The notes beneath the pieces were generated by a model. That model was not told where the DNA came from, did not search any database, and saw only the letters and a program-made list of their open reading frames with translations. From an uncultured Candidatus Saccharibacteria bacterium (GTDB lineage Bacteria > Patescibacteriota > Saccharimonadia > Saccharimonadales > UBA7683), in contig CAZWBG010000001.1 in NCBI GenBank assembly GCA_964632215.1, forward strand, positions 174,589 through 238,588: 64,000 nucleotides of DNA, read 5' to 3'. Below, in pieces: positions 18,889-29,507 of the stretch. Position 1 is the first letter of the stretch; the number at the start of each line of letters is the position of its first letter. Both the position numbers and the translations under genes were made by a program.

Positions 18889-19152
18889 TTAGACAGCCCT
18901 CTTGCCCGTTACAGCTCCTTTTATAAGTAGTAGTACAATTGCACCAATAATCGCAACTATAAAGCTCCGAATGTTAAAGCCAGTCACGCCCACGTCGTTA
19001 AAAAGGAAGCCAGCAATCCAACCACCAAGAGCTGCACCGATAATACCAACTATGATATTACCCAGAGCACCCTGTTGATCGTTTGTTTTTAGAATCAACG
19101 ATGCCACCCATCCAGCAATCGCACCGAATATAATCCACGATAGTATACCCAT
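18889..19152 (-). CDS. GlsB/YeaQ/YmgE-family (transglycosylase-associated) small membrane protein
   Basis: MGILSWIIFGAIAGWVASLI and repeated G-rich TM helices typical of the family. AAGGAG-type RBS upstream. Confidence 0.75.
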   Translation of the reverse strand: MGILSWIIFGAIAGWVASLILKTNDQQGALGNIIVGIIGAALGGWIAGFLFNDVGVTGFNIRSFIVAIIGAIVLLLIKGAVTGKRAV

Positions 19153-19222
19153 AGATCTCTCCTTGTATTAGTAGTAGTTATCACTATAACGCCAGGATGT
19201 GATCCAATACTGTGAAATATCT

Positions 19223-19259
19223 CACAAAAGAAAACACAACCCACGTTATGGATTGTGTT
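19223..19259 (-). terminator. Intrinsic terminator after rpsJ
   Basis: Minus-strand RNA reads AACACAAUCCA-UAACG-UGGGUUGUGUU followed by UUUCUUUUG. One pair is G-U on the minus strand but C/A on the plus strand, so the hairpin is strand-specific. Confidence 0.7.
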
Positions 19260-19310
19260 TTACAGAGCGGTCAGTCATGAGTACTCTATGTGATGGTTCT
19301 ACTAAAGAAC

Positions 19311-19634
19311 CTAGTTCATCCGAATCTCGGCATCACAACCGGCTGGCAGGCTTAAATTCATCAAGCTGTCGATTGTCTTCGGCGTAGGCTCTAAGATATC
19401 AATTAAACGCTTGTGAACACGCATCTCGAACTGTTCCATACCTTTTTTATAGACGTGCGGGCTCTTAATCACCGTAAACTTACTCTTGCGAGTAGGTAGC
19501 GGGATTGGGCCAGCAATAGTAGCACCCGTTCGGAGTGCTGTATCGATAATCTGTTTTGCAGACTGGTCGATAATTTTATGATCGTATGCCTTAAGACGAA
19601 TACGAATTTTCTGCTTTTGTGGAGCATCAGCCAT
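19311..19634 (-). CDS. rpsJ: 30S ribosomal protein S10
   Basis: [21 protein letters not shown] and GPIPLPT. Confidence 0.98.
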   Translation of the reverse strand: MADAPQKQKIRIRLKAYDHKIIDQSAKQIIDTALRTGATIAGPIPLPTRKSKFTVIKSPHVYKKGMEQFEMRVHKRLIDILEPTPKTIDSLMNLSLPAGCDAEIRMN

Positions 19635-19823
19635 TATAGCTTCCTTTCATTTTTGTCAGCTCAACCTGACTTGGTACCGTAACCTCCATCTATGATGTCC
19701 TACGTAGCCTTGGCGAAGTAGGATGCTAGCGAATATAAGATTCATCTAGCCGAGTTCTCGACACAATTATTTATGTAATGTAACTATAGCATAATTTTAA
19801 ACAAAATACGATATCCACCAATC

Positions 19824-19856
19824 AAAAAGAGCTGCATTTTATGACAGCTCTTTTTG
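19824..19856 (-). terminator. Intrinsic terminator after tuf
   Basis: GAGCTG-N10-CAGCTC stem flanked by an A-run and a T-run (AAAAAGAGCTG ... CAGCTCTTTTTG). Confidence 0.8.
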
Positions 19857-19903
19857 TAGTTTAGGTTGGATCCTTCGACAATGCTCAGGATGACAAACCA
19901 GAA

Positions 19904-21085
19904 CTATTTTGTGATTTTCGTAACCACACCAGCACCAACAGTACGTCCACCTTCACGAATAGCGAAGTTTAGACCCTGTTCCATGGCAATTGGAGCGAGT
20001 AGCTTCACTTTGAAAGTGATAGTATCGCCAGGCATTACCATTTCTTTGTCAGCTGGAAGTTCAACTTCACCAGTTACGTCAGTTGTACGGAAGTAAAACT
20101 GTGGTTTGTAACCCTTGAAGAATGGAGTATGACGTCCACCTTCTTCTTTGGTAAGGATGTATACTTCAGCATCAAATTCAGTGTGAGGTGTAATTGAACC
20201 AGGCTTACAAATAACCTGACCACGTTCGATGTCGTTTCGTTCAATACCACGAAGCAAGATACCAGCGTTATCACCAGCTTGACCTTGGTCAAGATTCTTT
20301 TTGAAAGCTTCGATTCCTGTTACAACAGTTTTTCGAGTTTCACGGATACCAACAATCTCAACTTCGTCATTAATTTTTACGATACCAGTTTCAATACGGC
20401 CAGTGGCAACCGTACCACGACCTTTAATCGAGAATACATCTTCGATAGGCATTAAGAATGGCTTGTCAAGATCACGTGGTGGTTCTTCGACGTAGTCGTC
20501 CATAGCCTTCACGAGTTCCATAATAGCGTCTTCGTTTGCAGGATCACCTTCAAGTGCCTTTGTAGCAGAGCCCTTGATGATAGGAGCGTTGCGGTCAAAA
20601 CCATTCTTCTCAAGTAGGTCACGGATGTCTTCTTCAACGAGCTCAACGAGCTCAGCATCGGCAAGGTCCATCTTGTTCATGAATACGAGAATCTTAGGTA
20701 CGCCAACTTGCTTAGCAAGAAGTACGTGTTCGCGAGTTTGTGGTAGTGGGCCATCGTTTGCACCAACTACAAGAATTGCGCCGTCGATTTGTGCAGCACC
20801 GGTGATCATATTTTTAACGTAATCAGCGTGTCCTGGCATATCTACGTGAGCGTAGTGTCGCTTTTCGCTTTCGTACTCTTGGTGAGAAGTAGCAATAGTA
20901 ATACCACGCTGCTTTTCTTCAGGAGCGTTATCGATTTCATCGTAATTCTTTGGTTGGTTTACATCACTTGGAAGCTTCTTCGCAAGAACGTGCGTAATTG
21001 CAGCTGTTAGTGTGGTCTTACCATGGTCAACGTGTCCCATAGTACCAACATTTACATGAGGTTTGCTTCTGTCAAAATCTGCCAT
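19904..21085 (-). CDS. tuf: Elongation factor Tu
   Basis: [23 protein letters not shown] and NKMD GTPase motifs. Confidence 0.99.
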   Translation of the reverse strand: MADFDRSKPHVNVGTMGHVDHGKTTLTAAITHVLAKKLPSDVNQPKNYDEIDNAPEEKQRGITIATSHQEYESEKRHYAHVDMPGHADYVKNMITGAAQIDGAILVVGANDGPLPQTREHVLLAKQVGVPKILVFMNKMDLADAELVELVEEDIRDLLEKNGFDRNAPIIKGSATKALEGDPANEDAIMELVKAMDDYVEEPPRDLDKPFLMPIEDVFSIKGRGTVATGRIETGIVKINDEVEIVGIRETRKTVVTGIEAFKKNLDQGQAGDNAGILLRGIERNDIERGQVICKPGSITPHTEFDAEVYILTKEEGGRHTPFFKGYKPQFYFRTTDVTGEVELPADKEMVMPGDTITFKVKLLAPIAMEQGLNFAIREGGRTVGAGVVTKITK

Positions 21086-21230
21086 TGAGATTTTCTCCTT
21101 ATAGTTATTAACTTGATTAATTTTGTCACGCGGTCCTTATTGCACTAAAGCAACGCCCTCACGCGAGATACTCAATTATTGTAGGTGATTACGCCCCTGT
21201 TGTAAAGGCCTAAGGGGGCAGATATTTAAT

Positions 21231-21554
21231 TTATTCGGTAAGATCAAGAAGCCGAGCACCGCACTTCCTGCCATGACGGGTAGGACCATCACAAGTTACA
21301 CCCATAATTGGCCCCACTGTAACTGGTTCCGCAATTCGTTCTTCTGCCTGGTTATTAGCATTTATGACCATTAATAAATCCTGTTCTCTCGACTTTTCTT
21401 CAATTACGTCTATTCGGCTCGCAATATACCCGTTTAAATCTTCTGCTTCAATGGATAGTTCGATCAGTTTTTTCGTACAGCTTCTTGAACAATGGGCCTT
21501 ATCACAACTGGTCATACCGGATGCTTCTGATCTATTCAGAGATAATTCTGTCAT
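21231..21554 (-). CDS. Hypothetical Cys-rich small protein (107 aa), paralog of CDS 24321-24662
   Basis: The start was moved from 21590 to the ATG at 21554 because codons 1-12 of the ORF-track model overlap a TTGTTA-17-TGgTATAAT promoter. Shares the C..C-[ST]KK..EL....[DN]LNG and C[TD]GP....C motifs with the 113-aa protein. Confidence 0.6.
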   Translation of the reverse strand: MTELSLNRSEASGMTSCDKAHCSRSCTKKLIELSIEAEDLNGYIASRIDVIEEKSREQDLLMVINANNQAEERIAEPVTVGPIMGVTCDGPTRHGRKCGARLLDLTE

Positions 21555-21561
21555 ATTATTT

Positions 21562-21590
21562 ATTATACCATACTTTGTGTATAATAACAA
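21562..21590 (-). promoter_or_regulatory. Putative promoter TTGTTA-17 nt-TATAAT (extended TGg), 7 nt upstream of ATG 21554
   Basis: Minus strand has TTGTTA (21590-21585), a 17-nt spacer, TGG and TATAAT (21567-21562). AAATAAT follows, then the ATG. Confidence 0.55.
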
Positions 21591-21657
21591 GTGTCCTAGC
21601 TCCGTGTCTTATATACCTGAATGTATCACAGTAGCGGACACTCGCGCGTTTCGTGTT

Positions 21658-22116
21658 TTACGTACGGTCAGCGTCTTGTGTCGCTACGAGGTCTATACCT
21701 ACACGTCCATCAACCAAAACGCGTACTCGTCGTAAAGAGTTGTATCCCCAGATCTGTGCCTCACCTGGGTCGTATTCCAGCGAATTAACAACCATACTAA
21801 CGTCATCACCATACGGCGAACGATGTACCATCGCGTTATACTCAGGATCACTTGTTCTATAGGCATCACCCCATTCAAACCGTCCGTGGTTGAATGGTTC
21901 AATTACCAGGGCGCCCTCACGGCCGAGAGCTTTAATTTTAAAAACCAATCCTTCGGGAGCTTCTAGTGGTCCGAGGCTCAGCTCGCCCACTGCACGCCTG
22001 AGTTCAGCCACATCAGCCTCTAGTTTATTGGCAATTTTACCCATCTTCTGAGCAGCCTTAAATCGTTTTACATCCTGAGCTATTTCTTGAGTTGACACCA
22101 CAGCTTCTTTAGTCAT
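21658..22116 (-). CDS. Hypothetical protein (152 aa), no family recognised
   Basis: Has its own promoter and an AAGGAG RBS 7 nt before the ATG. N-terminal helical segment followed by a probable beta-rich domain. Confidence 0.65.
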   Translation of the reverse strand: MTKEAVVSTQEIAQDVKRFKAAQKMGKIANKLEADVAELRRAVGELSLGPLEAPEGLVFKIKALGREGALVIEPFNHGRFEWGDAYRTSDPEYNAMVHRSPYGDDVSMVVNSLEYDPGEAQIWGYNSLRRVRVLVDGRVGIDLVATQDADRT

Positions 22117-22135
22117 TTTAGTTCTCCTTGACTAA

Positions 22136-22164
22136 ATAATAATCTACTAGATATGTTCATGCAA
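22136..22164 (-). promoter_or_regulatory. Putative promoter TTGCAT-17 nt-TATTAT for CDS 21658-22116
   Basis: Minus strand has TTGCAT (22164-22159), a 17-nt spacer and TATTAT (22141-22136). TTAGTCAAGGAGAACTAAA follows, then the ATG. Confidence 0.5.
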
Positions 22165-22172
22165 GCATAATT

Positions 22173-22212
22173 ACTACGCTATATGTAGTGTATGCACCAC
22201 CCATAGCGTAGT
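22173..22212 (-). other. 10-bp perfect hairpin immediately downstream of fusA (no U-tract)
   Basis: ACTACGCTAT (22173-22182) pairs with ATAGCGTAGT (22203-22212) across a 20-nt loop. Confidence 0.4.
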
Positions 22213-22239
22213 CGAAGACTGGTTTTATATCTCTAAGCT

Positions 22240-24321
22240 TTATTTAGCGCGGTTGGCAATAACTGCTTCGGCCACATTTGGTGGTACTTCAGCGTAATGC
22301 GCAAGCTCCATCGTGCTTGAGGCGCGGCCTTGAGTCATCGAACGAATATCTGTAGTGTATCCAAACATTTCTGCAAGCGGAACAAAGGCTAAAATAACCT
22401 TAGCGTTACCGCGGTCTTCCATGCTCTCAATACGACCACGTCGCGAGTTTAAGTCACCAATAACATCACCCATGTATTCTTCGGCAACAACAACTTCAAC
22501 TTTCATAACTGGTTCGAGAAGTGCTGGTGAACCATTCTTTACACCATTTTGAAGTGCCATTGAACCAGCAATTTTAAAGGCCATTTCATTAGAATCCACA
22601 TCATGGTAGCTACCGTCGTATAGCTCGGCAGACACATCAACCACTGGATAACCGGCAATCACACCGTTGCTCATAGCTTCGATAATACCGCTCTCAACAG
22701 GCTTGATGTATTCACTCGGAACCACACCACCCTTAATGGAGTTGATGAATTCAAAGCCTTTACCCGCCTCTTGTGGGCGCAAACGGAGCCATACGTCACC
22801 GTACTGACCACGACCACCAGATTGGCGAATGAATTTACCTTGAACTTCAACTTCTTTACGAATAGTCTCACGGTAAGCAACCTGCGGTTGACCAATATTA
22901 GCCTCAACTGAGAATTCACGCTTCATTCTATCTACGATAATTTCAAGGTGAAGTTCGCCCATTCCTGAAATAATAGTCTGGCCCGTCTCTTCGTCAGTGT
23001 GCACGCGGAAAGTTGGGTCCTCTTCAGCAAGACGTTGCAAAGCGAGACCCATTTTTTCTTGATCGGCCTTCGTTTTTGGCTCAATTGCGATAGAAACTGG
23101 TGGATCTGGGAAATCAATGCTTTCCAGGATAATCGGATCGCCGACGTCACACAGTGTATTACCAGTAGTTGTACCCTTCATACCAACAATAGCCGCAATA
23201 TCACCAGCTTCAACAGTGGTTACATCTTCACGCTTATCAGCATGCATACGCACCAAGCGTCCAACGCGTTCTTTTGCCCCTGTTGAGCTGTTTAGGATAT
23301 AGCTACCAGCTTCAACTTTTCCAGAATAAACACGGAAGAAACAGAGCTTACCCATAAATGGATCAGTTGCAATTTTAAAGGCCAAGCCAGAAAATGGCTG
23401 ATCATCTGAAGGTTTACGTTCGATTTCATCACCACTCTTGGGGTGAGTACCCCAAACTGAACCACGATCAAGCGGACTTGGAAGGTAGTCGTTTACAAGA
23501 TCAAGGACCTTCTCAACAATGACACCACGGCCATCGCCACCAGTTACGATAAAGAACTCGGCCGAAAGTACCGCTTTTCGGATTGCAGCCTTAAGTTCTG
23601 CTTCAGTAATTGCCTCTTCTCCAGATTCGAAGTACTTGTCCAAAAGGTCGTCATCGTATTCGACAGCGGCTTCAACAAGCAAGCTACGAGCGTGCTTAGC
23701 TTTTTCAAGCATATCCTCAGGAATTTCACCTTCAATAAGCTCTTTGTCTGTAAACTCAGTATAGGTATAAGCCTTCATATTAATGAGGTCTACTATGCCG
23801 TTAATGCTCTGTTCGAACCCAATCGGCAAGTGAATAGGTACTGCGCGCTTCGTTAGGCGATCATGGATCGTCTTGAGTGAATTATAGAAATCACCACCTG
23901 TTTGGTTAATCTTATTAATAAAGCAGACTCGAGGCACGCCGTACTTATCAGCCTGACGCCAAACGGTCTCGGATTGTGATTCCACACCCATTTTACCGTC
24001 GAATACCGTAACAGCACCGTCTAGTACGCGTAGAGATCGCTCCACTTCGGCGGTGAAGTCAATGTGACCTGGGGTGTCAATAATGTTGATCTGATGATCT
24101 TTCCAAAAAGAAGTTACCGCAGCAGACGTAATAGTGATACCACGCTCACGCTCTTGTTCCATCCAGTCGGTTGTTGTCTCACCTTCGTGAACGGCCCCAA
24201 TCTTATGAGAAATACCTGTTCGGTACAAAATACCTTCGGTAGTCGTAGTCTTACCGGCATCAATGTGCGCGATAATACCAATGTTACGTAACTTTGTTAG
24301 GTCTAATTTCTTTATTGCCAT
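22240..24321 (-). CDS. fusA: Elongation factor G
   Basis: [20 protein letters not shown] and NKINQ motifs. 693 aa. Confidence 0.99.
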   Translation of the reverse strand: MAIKKLDLTKLRNIGIIAHIDAGKTTTTEGILYRTGISHKIGAVHEGETTTDWMEQERERGITITSAAVTSFWKDHQINIIDTPGHIDFTAEVERSLRVLDGAVTVFDGKMGVESQSETVWRQADKYGVPRVCFINKINQTGGDFYNSLKTIHDRLTKRAVPIHLPIGFEQSINGIVDLINMKAYTYTEFTDKELIEGEIPEDMLEKAKHARSLLVEAAVEYDDDLLDKYFESGEEAITEAELKAAIRKAVLSAEFFIVTGGDGRGVIVEKVLDLVNDYLPSPLDRGSVWGTHPKSGDEIERKPSDDQPFSGLAFKIATDPFMGKLCFFRVYSGKVEAGSYILNSSTGAKERVGRLVRMHADKREDVTTVEAGDIAAIVGMKGTTTGNTLCDVGDPIILESIDFPDPPVSIAIEPKTKADQEKMGLALQRLAEEDPTFRVHTDEETGQTIISGMGELHLEIIVDRMKREFSVEANIGQPQVAYRETIRKEVEVQGKFIRQSGGRGQYGDVWLRLRPQEAGKGFEFINSIKGGVVPSEYIKPVESGIIEAMSNGVIAGYPVVDVSAELYDGSYHDVDSNEMAFKIAGSMALQNGVKNGSPALLEPVMKVEVVVAEEYMGDVIGDLNSRRGRIESMEDRGNAKVILAFVPLAEMFGYTTDIRSMTQGRASSTMELAHYAEVPPNVAEAVIANRAK

Positions 24322-24662
24322 TATCTTCCCTTCTTAATCAATTTTCGTACGGTTGTCACTAAACTTTTTCGGATCTTACTCTCATTCATGCTCGTTCGCG
24401 TAGGACATGATTCATCGTCAGGTCCAGTACATCCTATAGCGCGAGCAACAATAGTGATTTCAGCCAAACGGCCGCTAAGCTTCATACCGTCCATAACCGG
24501 GTTCCATTCAGCTGGAAGTTCTAAGATTCCGTTTAGGTTGTCTCTTTCTCCGTACAGCTCTGCTGCTCGTTTTTTACTTGGACAGATCACCCCAGTTGTC
24601 GGACACAGAACATCTAGCTTGTTAGTATTCGTGAGATCGTTAGAGTACGCCTCGCCCGTCAT
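24321..24662 (-). CDS. Hypothetical 4-Cys small protein (113 aa) inserted between rpsG and fusA
   Basis: The ORF-track model (to 24827) overlaps rpsG. ATG at 24662 lies 1 nt after the rpsG TAG, and its TAA overlaps the fusA ATG (TAATG). Cys pairs are CPTTGVIC and CTGPDDESC. Confidence 0.65.
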   Translation of the reverse strand: MTGEAYSNDLTNTNKLDVLCPTTGVICPSKKRAAELYGERDNLNGILELPAEWNPVMDGMKLSGRLAEITIVARAIGCTGPDDESCPTRTSMNESKIRKSLVTTVRKLIKKGR

Positions 24663-24663
24663 A

Positions 24664-25143
24664 CTAGAACCTTGCAAAATGGGCAAAGGCACGGTTGGCT
24701 TCTGCCATCTTATGCGTATCTTCACGCTTCTTAACTGCATTACCGGCACCACCATGGGCATCAACGATCTCGCTAGAGAGTCGTTTCCAGTAAGGCATAC
24801 CTTTTCGAGAACGGGCAGCCGCAACAAACCACATCATGCCTAAGTGGATTTTACGGTGACCTTCTACTGGGAAAGGAACTTGATAGTTTGCACCACCAAC
24901 ACGGCGACTTTTAACCTCGACACCAGGGAATACGTTATTCATAGATTCTTCAAGAATCTGGAGTGGATCTTCAATTTTAAGTTTTTTAGCTGCTTCTTCC
25001 ATGGCCTTGTAGACCGCAGCTTCAGCTACGCTCTTTTTACCATCAAGCATGCTTTTATTAATAAGTCGCTGCACAAGCACTGAGTCGTACTTACGATCAG
25101 GAGCAACAGGACGGATGAGTGATTTAGTCTTTTTTCGTGGCAT
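24664..25143 (-). CDS. rpsG: 30S ribosomal protein S7
   Basis: [21 protein letters not shown] and GANYQVP. Confidence 0.98.
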   Translation of the reverse strand: MPRKKTKSLIRPVAPDRKYDSVLVQRLINKSMLDGKKSVAEAAVYKAMEEAAKKLKIEDPLQILEESMNNVFPGVEVKSRRVGGANYQVPFPVEGHRKIHLGMMWFVAAARSRKGMPYWKRLSSEIVDAHGGAGNAVKKREDTHKMAEANRAFAHFARF

Positions 25144-25556
25144 TACTTGCTATCCTTTTTCGTACCGTACTTACTGCGGCCTTGTTTACGTCCGGAGACA
25201 CCTTGAAGATCAAGATGTCCACGTACTACGTGATATCGTACACCTGGAAGATCCGGTACACGTCCGCCTCGTACAAGCACAATTGCGTGCTCTTGGAGGT
25301 TGTGACCTTCTCCACCGATGTATGCCCAAACTTCTTGCTGGTTCGTTAGACGAACACGAGCGACCTTACGGAGGGCCGAGTTAGGCTTACGTGGTGTCTT
25401 AGTTGTTACTTTAATACAAACACCGCGTTTAAATGGTGCTGGCTTTTCATAGGTTTTTACTTTAAGCGTGTTATTCACCTTACGAAGAGCTGCTGACTTT
25501 GTCTTGCTAGCAGCGCTCTTGCGAGGCTTCTTCACTAATTGATTAATTGTTGGCAT
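25143..25556 (-). CDS. rpsL: 30S ribosomal protein S12
   Basis: [13 protein letters not shown] and [14 protein letters not shown]. Confidence 0.98.
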   Translation of the reverse strand: MPTINQLVKKPRKSAASKTKSAALRKVNNTLKVKTYEKPAPFKRGVCIKVTTKTPRKPNSALRKVARVRLTNQQEVWAYIGGEGHNLQEHAIVLVRGGRVPDLPGVRYHVVRGHLDLQGVSGRKQGRSKYGTKKDSK

Positions 25557-25660
25557 GTAACAAAAATTCTCCTTAGAATTTTCACAGTGTTTGAATGATA
25601 GCTGCCAGAGTTGTCCAGCACGACATTATTCCTTACGCCACCATTCAATACTGCCTTAGA

Positions 25661-25689
25661 AATATATGAAACTCAGGTTAAGATTGTAA
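25661..25689 (-). promoter_or_regulatory. Putative str-operon promoter TTACAA-17 nt-TATATT with a ~100-nt leader
   Basis: Minus strand has TTACAA (25689-25684), a 17-nt spacer and TATATT (25666-25661). It lies just downstream of the rpoC stop. Confidence 0.45.
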
Positions 25690-25694
25690 CAGAT

Positions 25695-28600
25695 CTAGAC
25701 CTCAGATGCAACTGCGTCTTCTCTGAGGTTCAAAGCACCAGTACCAACTGGTATCTTGCGACCAATGATAACATTCTCCTTAAGACCGTAGAGATGATCT
25801 ACTTTACCACTAATTGCAGCGTTGATCAGAACTCTAGTTGTGTCCTGGAAGGACGCGGCCGAGAGGAAGCTATCACTCCAAGTTGAGACCTTGGCGATAC
25901 CTAGTAGAAGCTGTGTAAAGACAGCAGGCTCTTTGTCGTCTTTTACGAGTCGAGCGTTTTCTTCTACTACTGAAGCCTTACTTACAATATCGCCTGTTAC
26001 AAAGAGGCTATCACCACTTTCTTCAATCTGTACACGGCTAAACATTTGTCGGACGATGATTTCAAGGTGTTGGTCAGCCAAGGTTACACCCTGCTGTGCG
26101 AACATACTTTGAATTTCATTGATAATGTAGCGCTGAGTTTCCTCAACACCCTTTAAGCGCATCAGATCATGTAGGTTAAGTGAACCATTTGTCAAACGAG
26201 ATCCAGCTTTCACGAGGTCACCGTCTAGGACAGTTAACGCCTTGAAGCCGGGAACTTCATATTTGATTGGATTCGAGTGATGGGCGGTCAGTATAACTGA
26301 AGTCTTTTGGAATTCTACCGTTCCAGCGAATGGCGCTACTAGTGGGCGGTCACCATCTTTATCAGAAGCGATAACGTCGCCTGCTAGTACATCGTTACCA
26401 GATTTAAGCTGCGGCTTACGTTTGCTAAGCTCGAGTTTTTCAACCTTGGTATCTTGTGGAGTAATCTGAACTACGTAGTGATTACCCTCTTCCCAAACGT
26501 TAGCGACACCGTCAAGCTCGGCAATGAATGCTTGGCTCTTAGGAGTACGTGCCTCAAGAAGTTCTTCGACACGTGGCAGACCCTGCGTCACATCGTCGGC
26601 TGTTGCAGCACCAGCAGTATGCTTTGTACGCATTGTAAGCTGTGTTCCAGGCTCACCCACTGACTGGGCAGCAATGACACCAACCGGTTGGTAAGCTTTT
26701 ACGATTTCACCCGTAGCTTTATCAATACCGTAACTCTTAAGGCTAATGCCTCTGAGGTTTGTTGCGCTCAGGACACTTCTAATCTTTACGTCCTTAAGGT
26801 CGCTTGCATCAATAGCTTCGGCAATCTCTTCGGTAATCAACTCATCTCTCTTGAGAATAGTTTTATCACCAATTTTGATAGTCTCGGCTGCATAACGGCC
26901 AATCAGACGTGCACCAAAGTTCACGCCAATTACCTCAGCTTCCGAACGCCTAACCTCAAAACCAGGATCGTCACACTCTTCGGCTACTGTAAACATGTCT
27001 TGTACAACGTCCACCATACGACGAGTCAAGTAACCTGAGTTAGCCGTACGAAGCGCTGTATCAATAAGACCCTTACGTGAACCACGGGTATCAACGAAGT
27101 ATTCAATTGGAGTAAGGCCTTTTTTGTAGTTGTTTCTAATTGGTAGCTCCACCTCGCGTCCAACAGCGTCAACAACCAGACCCTTCATACCACTCACTTG
27201 CTTCACCTGGCTAACACTACCACGAGCACCGGAAGTCATGGCGATACTAACACCATTGTCTACACCTTCATAGCTCTTCACCAGCTTTGCCTGAGCCTTT
27301 TCATCAATTTCACGCCAAGTACTGACAGTAAGTCGGTATCGTTCTTCTTCACTAATCAAACCCTGTTCAAACTGGTCTGCTACAGCAGCTGCTTTTTCTT
27401 CACCTTCTTCGAGTAAGCCGTCTAGGCCCTCAAGGTCGATGTAATCGTCCATACCAGTTGAAATACCAGCAAACGTTGCATAACTAAAACCAAGTCGTTT
27501 CAGTTCATCAGCAATTTCAGCCGTTTTATCAGCACCATATCTACTAAAAATACGGCTCATGGCGCTAGAAAGCTTCTTCTTGGTCATTGTTTCGTTAATG
27601 AACGGGAAGTCTTCAGGGAAGATTTCGTTGTAGAGCAATCGCCCGACAGTCGTTACACGAGTTTCACCACGGAATTGAATCCGCAGAGTAGTCTGTAGCT
27701 TAATCTTATCAGCCTCGAGAGCAAGTAATGCTTCCTCAAGACTAGCAATAGCAACTGGCTCAAGGTTTGTAACACCAGGCTTTTCATAGGTTAAGTAGTA
27801 ACAACCTAAAACGATATCTTGCTCAATATGTAGAATTGGTGAACCATCAGCAGGTTTGAGCAAGTTTTTGCTTGCCTGCATAAGGTCACGAGCCTCATCT
27901 TGAGCAGCCTGAGAAAGTGGCAAGTGCACAGCCATTTGGTCACCATCGAAGTCAGCATTGAAACCTTTACACACAAGCGGGTGTAGCTGAATCGCTTTAC
28001 CTTCAATCAATTTTGGCTGGAAAGCGAGAATTGAAAGTCGGTGTAGAGTTGGTGCACGGTTTAGAAGTACATGTTTATCTTTAATAACCTCGTCAAGTGC
28101 ATCCCAAATGATTGTGTCGTTAGATTCAATCAAACGTGTCGCACTTTTAATATTATGCGCATGTTCGTGCTGCATTAACCAACCGATAACAAATGGTTTG
28201 AATAGCTCAAGTGCCATAAGTTTTGGTAGACCACATTGATTAATCTTTAGTTCTGGACCAGATACGATCACTGAACGACCAGAGTAGTCTACGCGCTTAC
28301 CAAGAAGGTTCTGACGGAAGCGGCCCTGCTTACCTTTAAGCATGTCGCTCAAAGATTTCAGGCGGCGGCGTCCACCAGTTGCACTCACTGCACGGCCAGA
28401 ACGAGTAGCTGAGTTATCAATTAGTGCATCAACAGCCTCCTGAAGCATACGTTGTTCGTTACGGCAGATGACCTCAGGAGCATTTAGGTCAATCAGCTTT
28501 TTTAAGCGGTTATTACGGTTGATAACACGTCGGTAGAGATCATTCATATCAGAAGTAGCGAAACGACCACCGGTTAATTGAACCATCGGACGAAGGTCCG

Positions 28601-29507
28601 GTGGAATCACGGGTAGAACACTCACGCACATGCTATTTGGATCAATACCAGCCTGTTGCATGCTCTCAAGTACCTTGAGACGCTTCATCAGCTTCTTCTT
28701 ACGCTGGCCTTTTGTGCCTTCAACTTCTTCACTTAATTCTGCAATCAGTTCAGCTAGATTGATTTCATCAAGCAGCTCTTTAATAGAGCTACCGCCCATA
28801 CCAACCTTAGCAAGGTCTTGGTAAGAATCTGGTAGGTTTCTGAAATCAGTTTCAGAAATGAGTGCGTACTTGGCTAGGCTGTCAAGCTGTTGTTTCTTCA
28901 GCAAGAAAGCTTCTGTTGCTTCTTCAAGTTCGCGGCTCTGGGCTTCAGCCAAAGCTTTTATATCAGCCTTTTCATCCGCTGCTTCGTCTTCGTAACGCTT
29001 TTTGATAGCCGCTTTAGCAGCCTCAAGTTCAGCCTCAGCATCAGCTAGATACTGTGTCTTTTTAGCCTCATCAATATCCATTACAACATATGATGCAAAA
29101 TAGACAATACGCTCAAGATTCTTAACTGTGATACCAAGCAGTAAGCCGATAGGGCTTGGGGTACCACGGAGGAACCAAATATGTGCAGCTGGTGTAGCAA
29201 GCGTGATATGGCCCATACGTTCACGACGAACGATAGATTTAGTAACAAGTTCACCCTTCTTGTCTACGGCAGCTTCGCGTGAACGTACACCCTTGTATTT
29301 AGCATCGTGTTGGTTGATGTCTTTAACTGGTCCGAAAATTCGTTCACAGAACAAGCCATCACGCTCAGGTTTCTGAGTTCGATAGTTAATTGTCTCTGGC
29401 TTCGTAACTTCACCGTAACTCCAGTCAAGAATATCACTTGGGCTAGCTACGACAAGACGAACCGCATCAAAATCTGTCATATTGGTGTGTGGGGTTGCTT
29501 GTTTCAT
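25695..29507 (-). CDS. rpoC: DNA-directed RNA polymerase beta-prime subunit
   Basis: [12 protein letters not shown] catalytic motif. 1270 aa. The start overlaps the rpoB stop (TAATG). Confidence 0.99.
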   Translation of the reverse strand: MKQATPHTNMTDFDAVRLVVASPSDILDWSYGEVTKPETINYRTQKPERDGLFCERIFGPVKDINQHDAKYKGVRSREAAVDKKGELVTKSIVRRERMGHITLATPAAHIWFLRGTPSPIGLLLGITVKNLERIVYFASYVVMDIDEAKKTQYLADAEAELEAAKAAIKKRYEDEAADEKADIKALAEAQSRELEEATEAFLLKKQQLDSLAKYALISETDFRNLPDSYQDLAKVGMGGSSIKELLDEINLAELIAELSEEVEGTKGQRKKKLMKRLKVLESMQQAGIDPNSMCVSVLPVIPPDLRPMVQLTGGRFATSDMNDLYRRVINRNNRLKKLIDLNAPEVICRNEQRMLQEAVDALIDNSATRSGRAVSATGGRRRLKSLSDMLKGKQGRFRQNLLGKRVDYSGRSVIVSGPELKINQCGLPKLMALELFKPFVIGWLMQHEHAHNIKSATRLIESNDTIIWDALDEVIKDKHVLLNRAPTLHRLSILAFQPKLIEGKAIQLHPLVCKGFNADFDGDQMAVHLPLSQAAQDEARDLMQASKNLLKPADGSPILHIEQDIVLGCYYLTYEKPGVTNLEPVAIASLEEALLALEADKIKLQTTLRIQFRGETRVTTVGRLLYNEIFPEDFPFINETMTKKKLSSAMSRIFSRYGADKTAEIADELKRLGFSYATFAGISTGMDDYIDLEGLDGLLEEGEEKAAAVADQFEQGLISEEERYRLTVSTWREIDEKAQAKLVKSYEGVDNGVSIAMTSGARGSVSQVKQVSGMKGLVVDAVGREVELPIRNNYKKGLTPIEYFVDTRGSRKGLIDTALRTANSGYLTRRMVDVVQDMFTVAEECDDPGFEVRRSEAEVIGVNFGARLIGRYAAETIKIGDKTILKRDELITEEIAEAIDASDLKDVKIRSVLSATNLRGISLKSYGIDKATGEIVKAYQPVGVIAAQSVGEPGTQLTMRTKHTAGAATADDVTQGLPRVEELLEARTPKSQAFIAELDGVANVWEEGNHYVVQITPQDTKVEKLELSKRKPQLKSGNDVLAGDVIASDKDGDRPLVAPFAGTVEFQKTSVILTAHHSNPIKYEVPGFKALTVLDGDLVKAGSRLTNGSLNLHDLMRLKGVEETQRYIINEIQSMFAQQGVTLADQHLEIIVRQMFSRVQIEESGDSLFVTGDIVSKASVVEENARLVKDDKEPAVFTQLLLGIAKVSTWSDSFLSAASFQDTTRVLINAAISGKVDHLYGLKENVIIGRKIPVGTGALNLREDAVASEV

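Noticed and set aside
21086-21230. A possible tRNA or ncRNA in the tuf upstream region (GC-rich hairpin TGCCCC ... GGGGCG and a CGCGTGA direct repeat).
   Set aside because: No cloverleaf can be drawn, and the hairpin has a 16-nt loop and no U-tract. The region is treated as an ordinary tuf leader or promoter region.
24321-24827. The full 168-aa ORF-track model overlapping the 3' end of rpsG.
   Set aside because: Its first 55 codons overlap rpsG in another frame. An ATG at 24662, placed 1 nt after the rpsG stop, gives a compact, coupled 113-aa CDS.
24388-24843. A 151-aa plus-strand ORF, with similar long antisense ORFs at 21364-21735 and 29307-29690, within rpoB/rpoC, and within ribosomal protein genes.
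   Set aside because: They lie antisense to strongly supported genes. They lack RBS or promoter context and have low-complexity Ser/Thr/Pro-rich translations typical of shadow ORFs.
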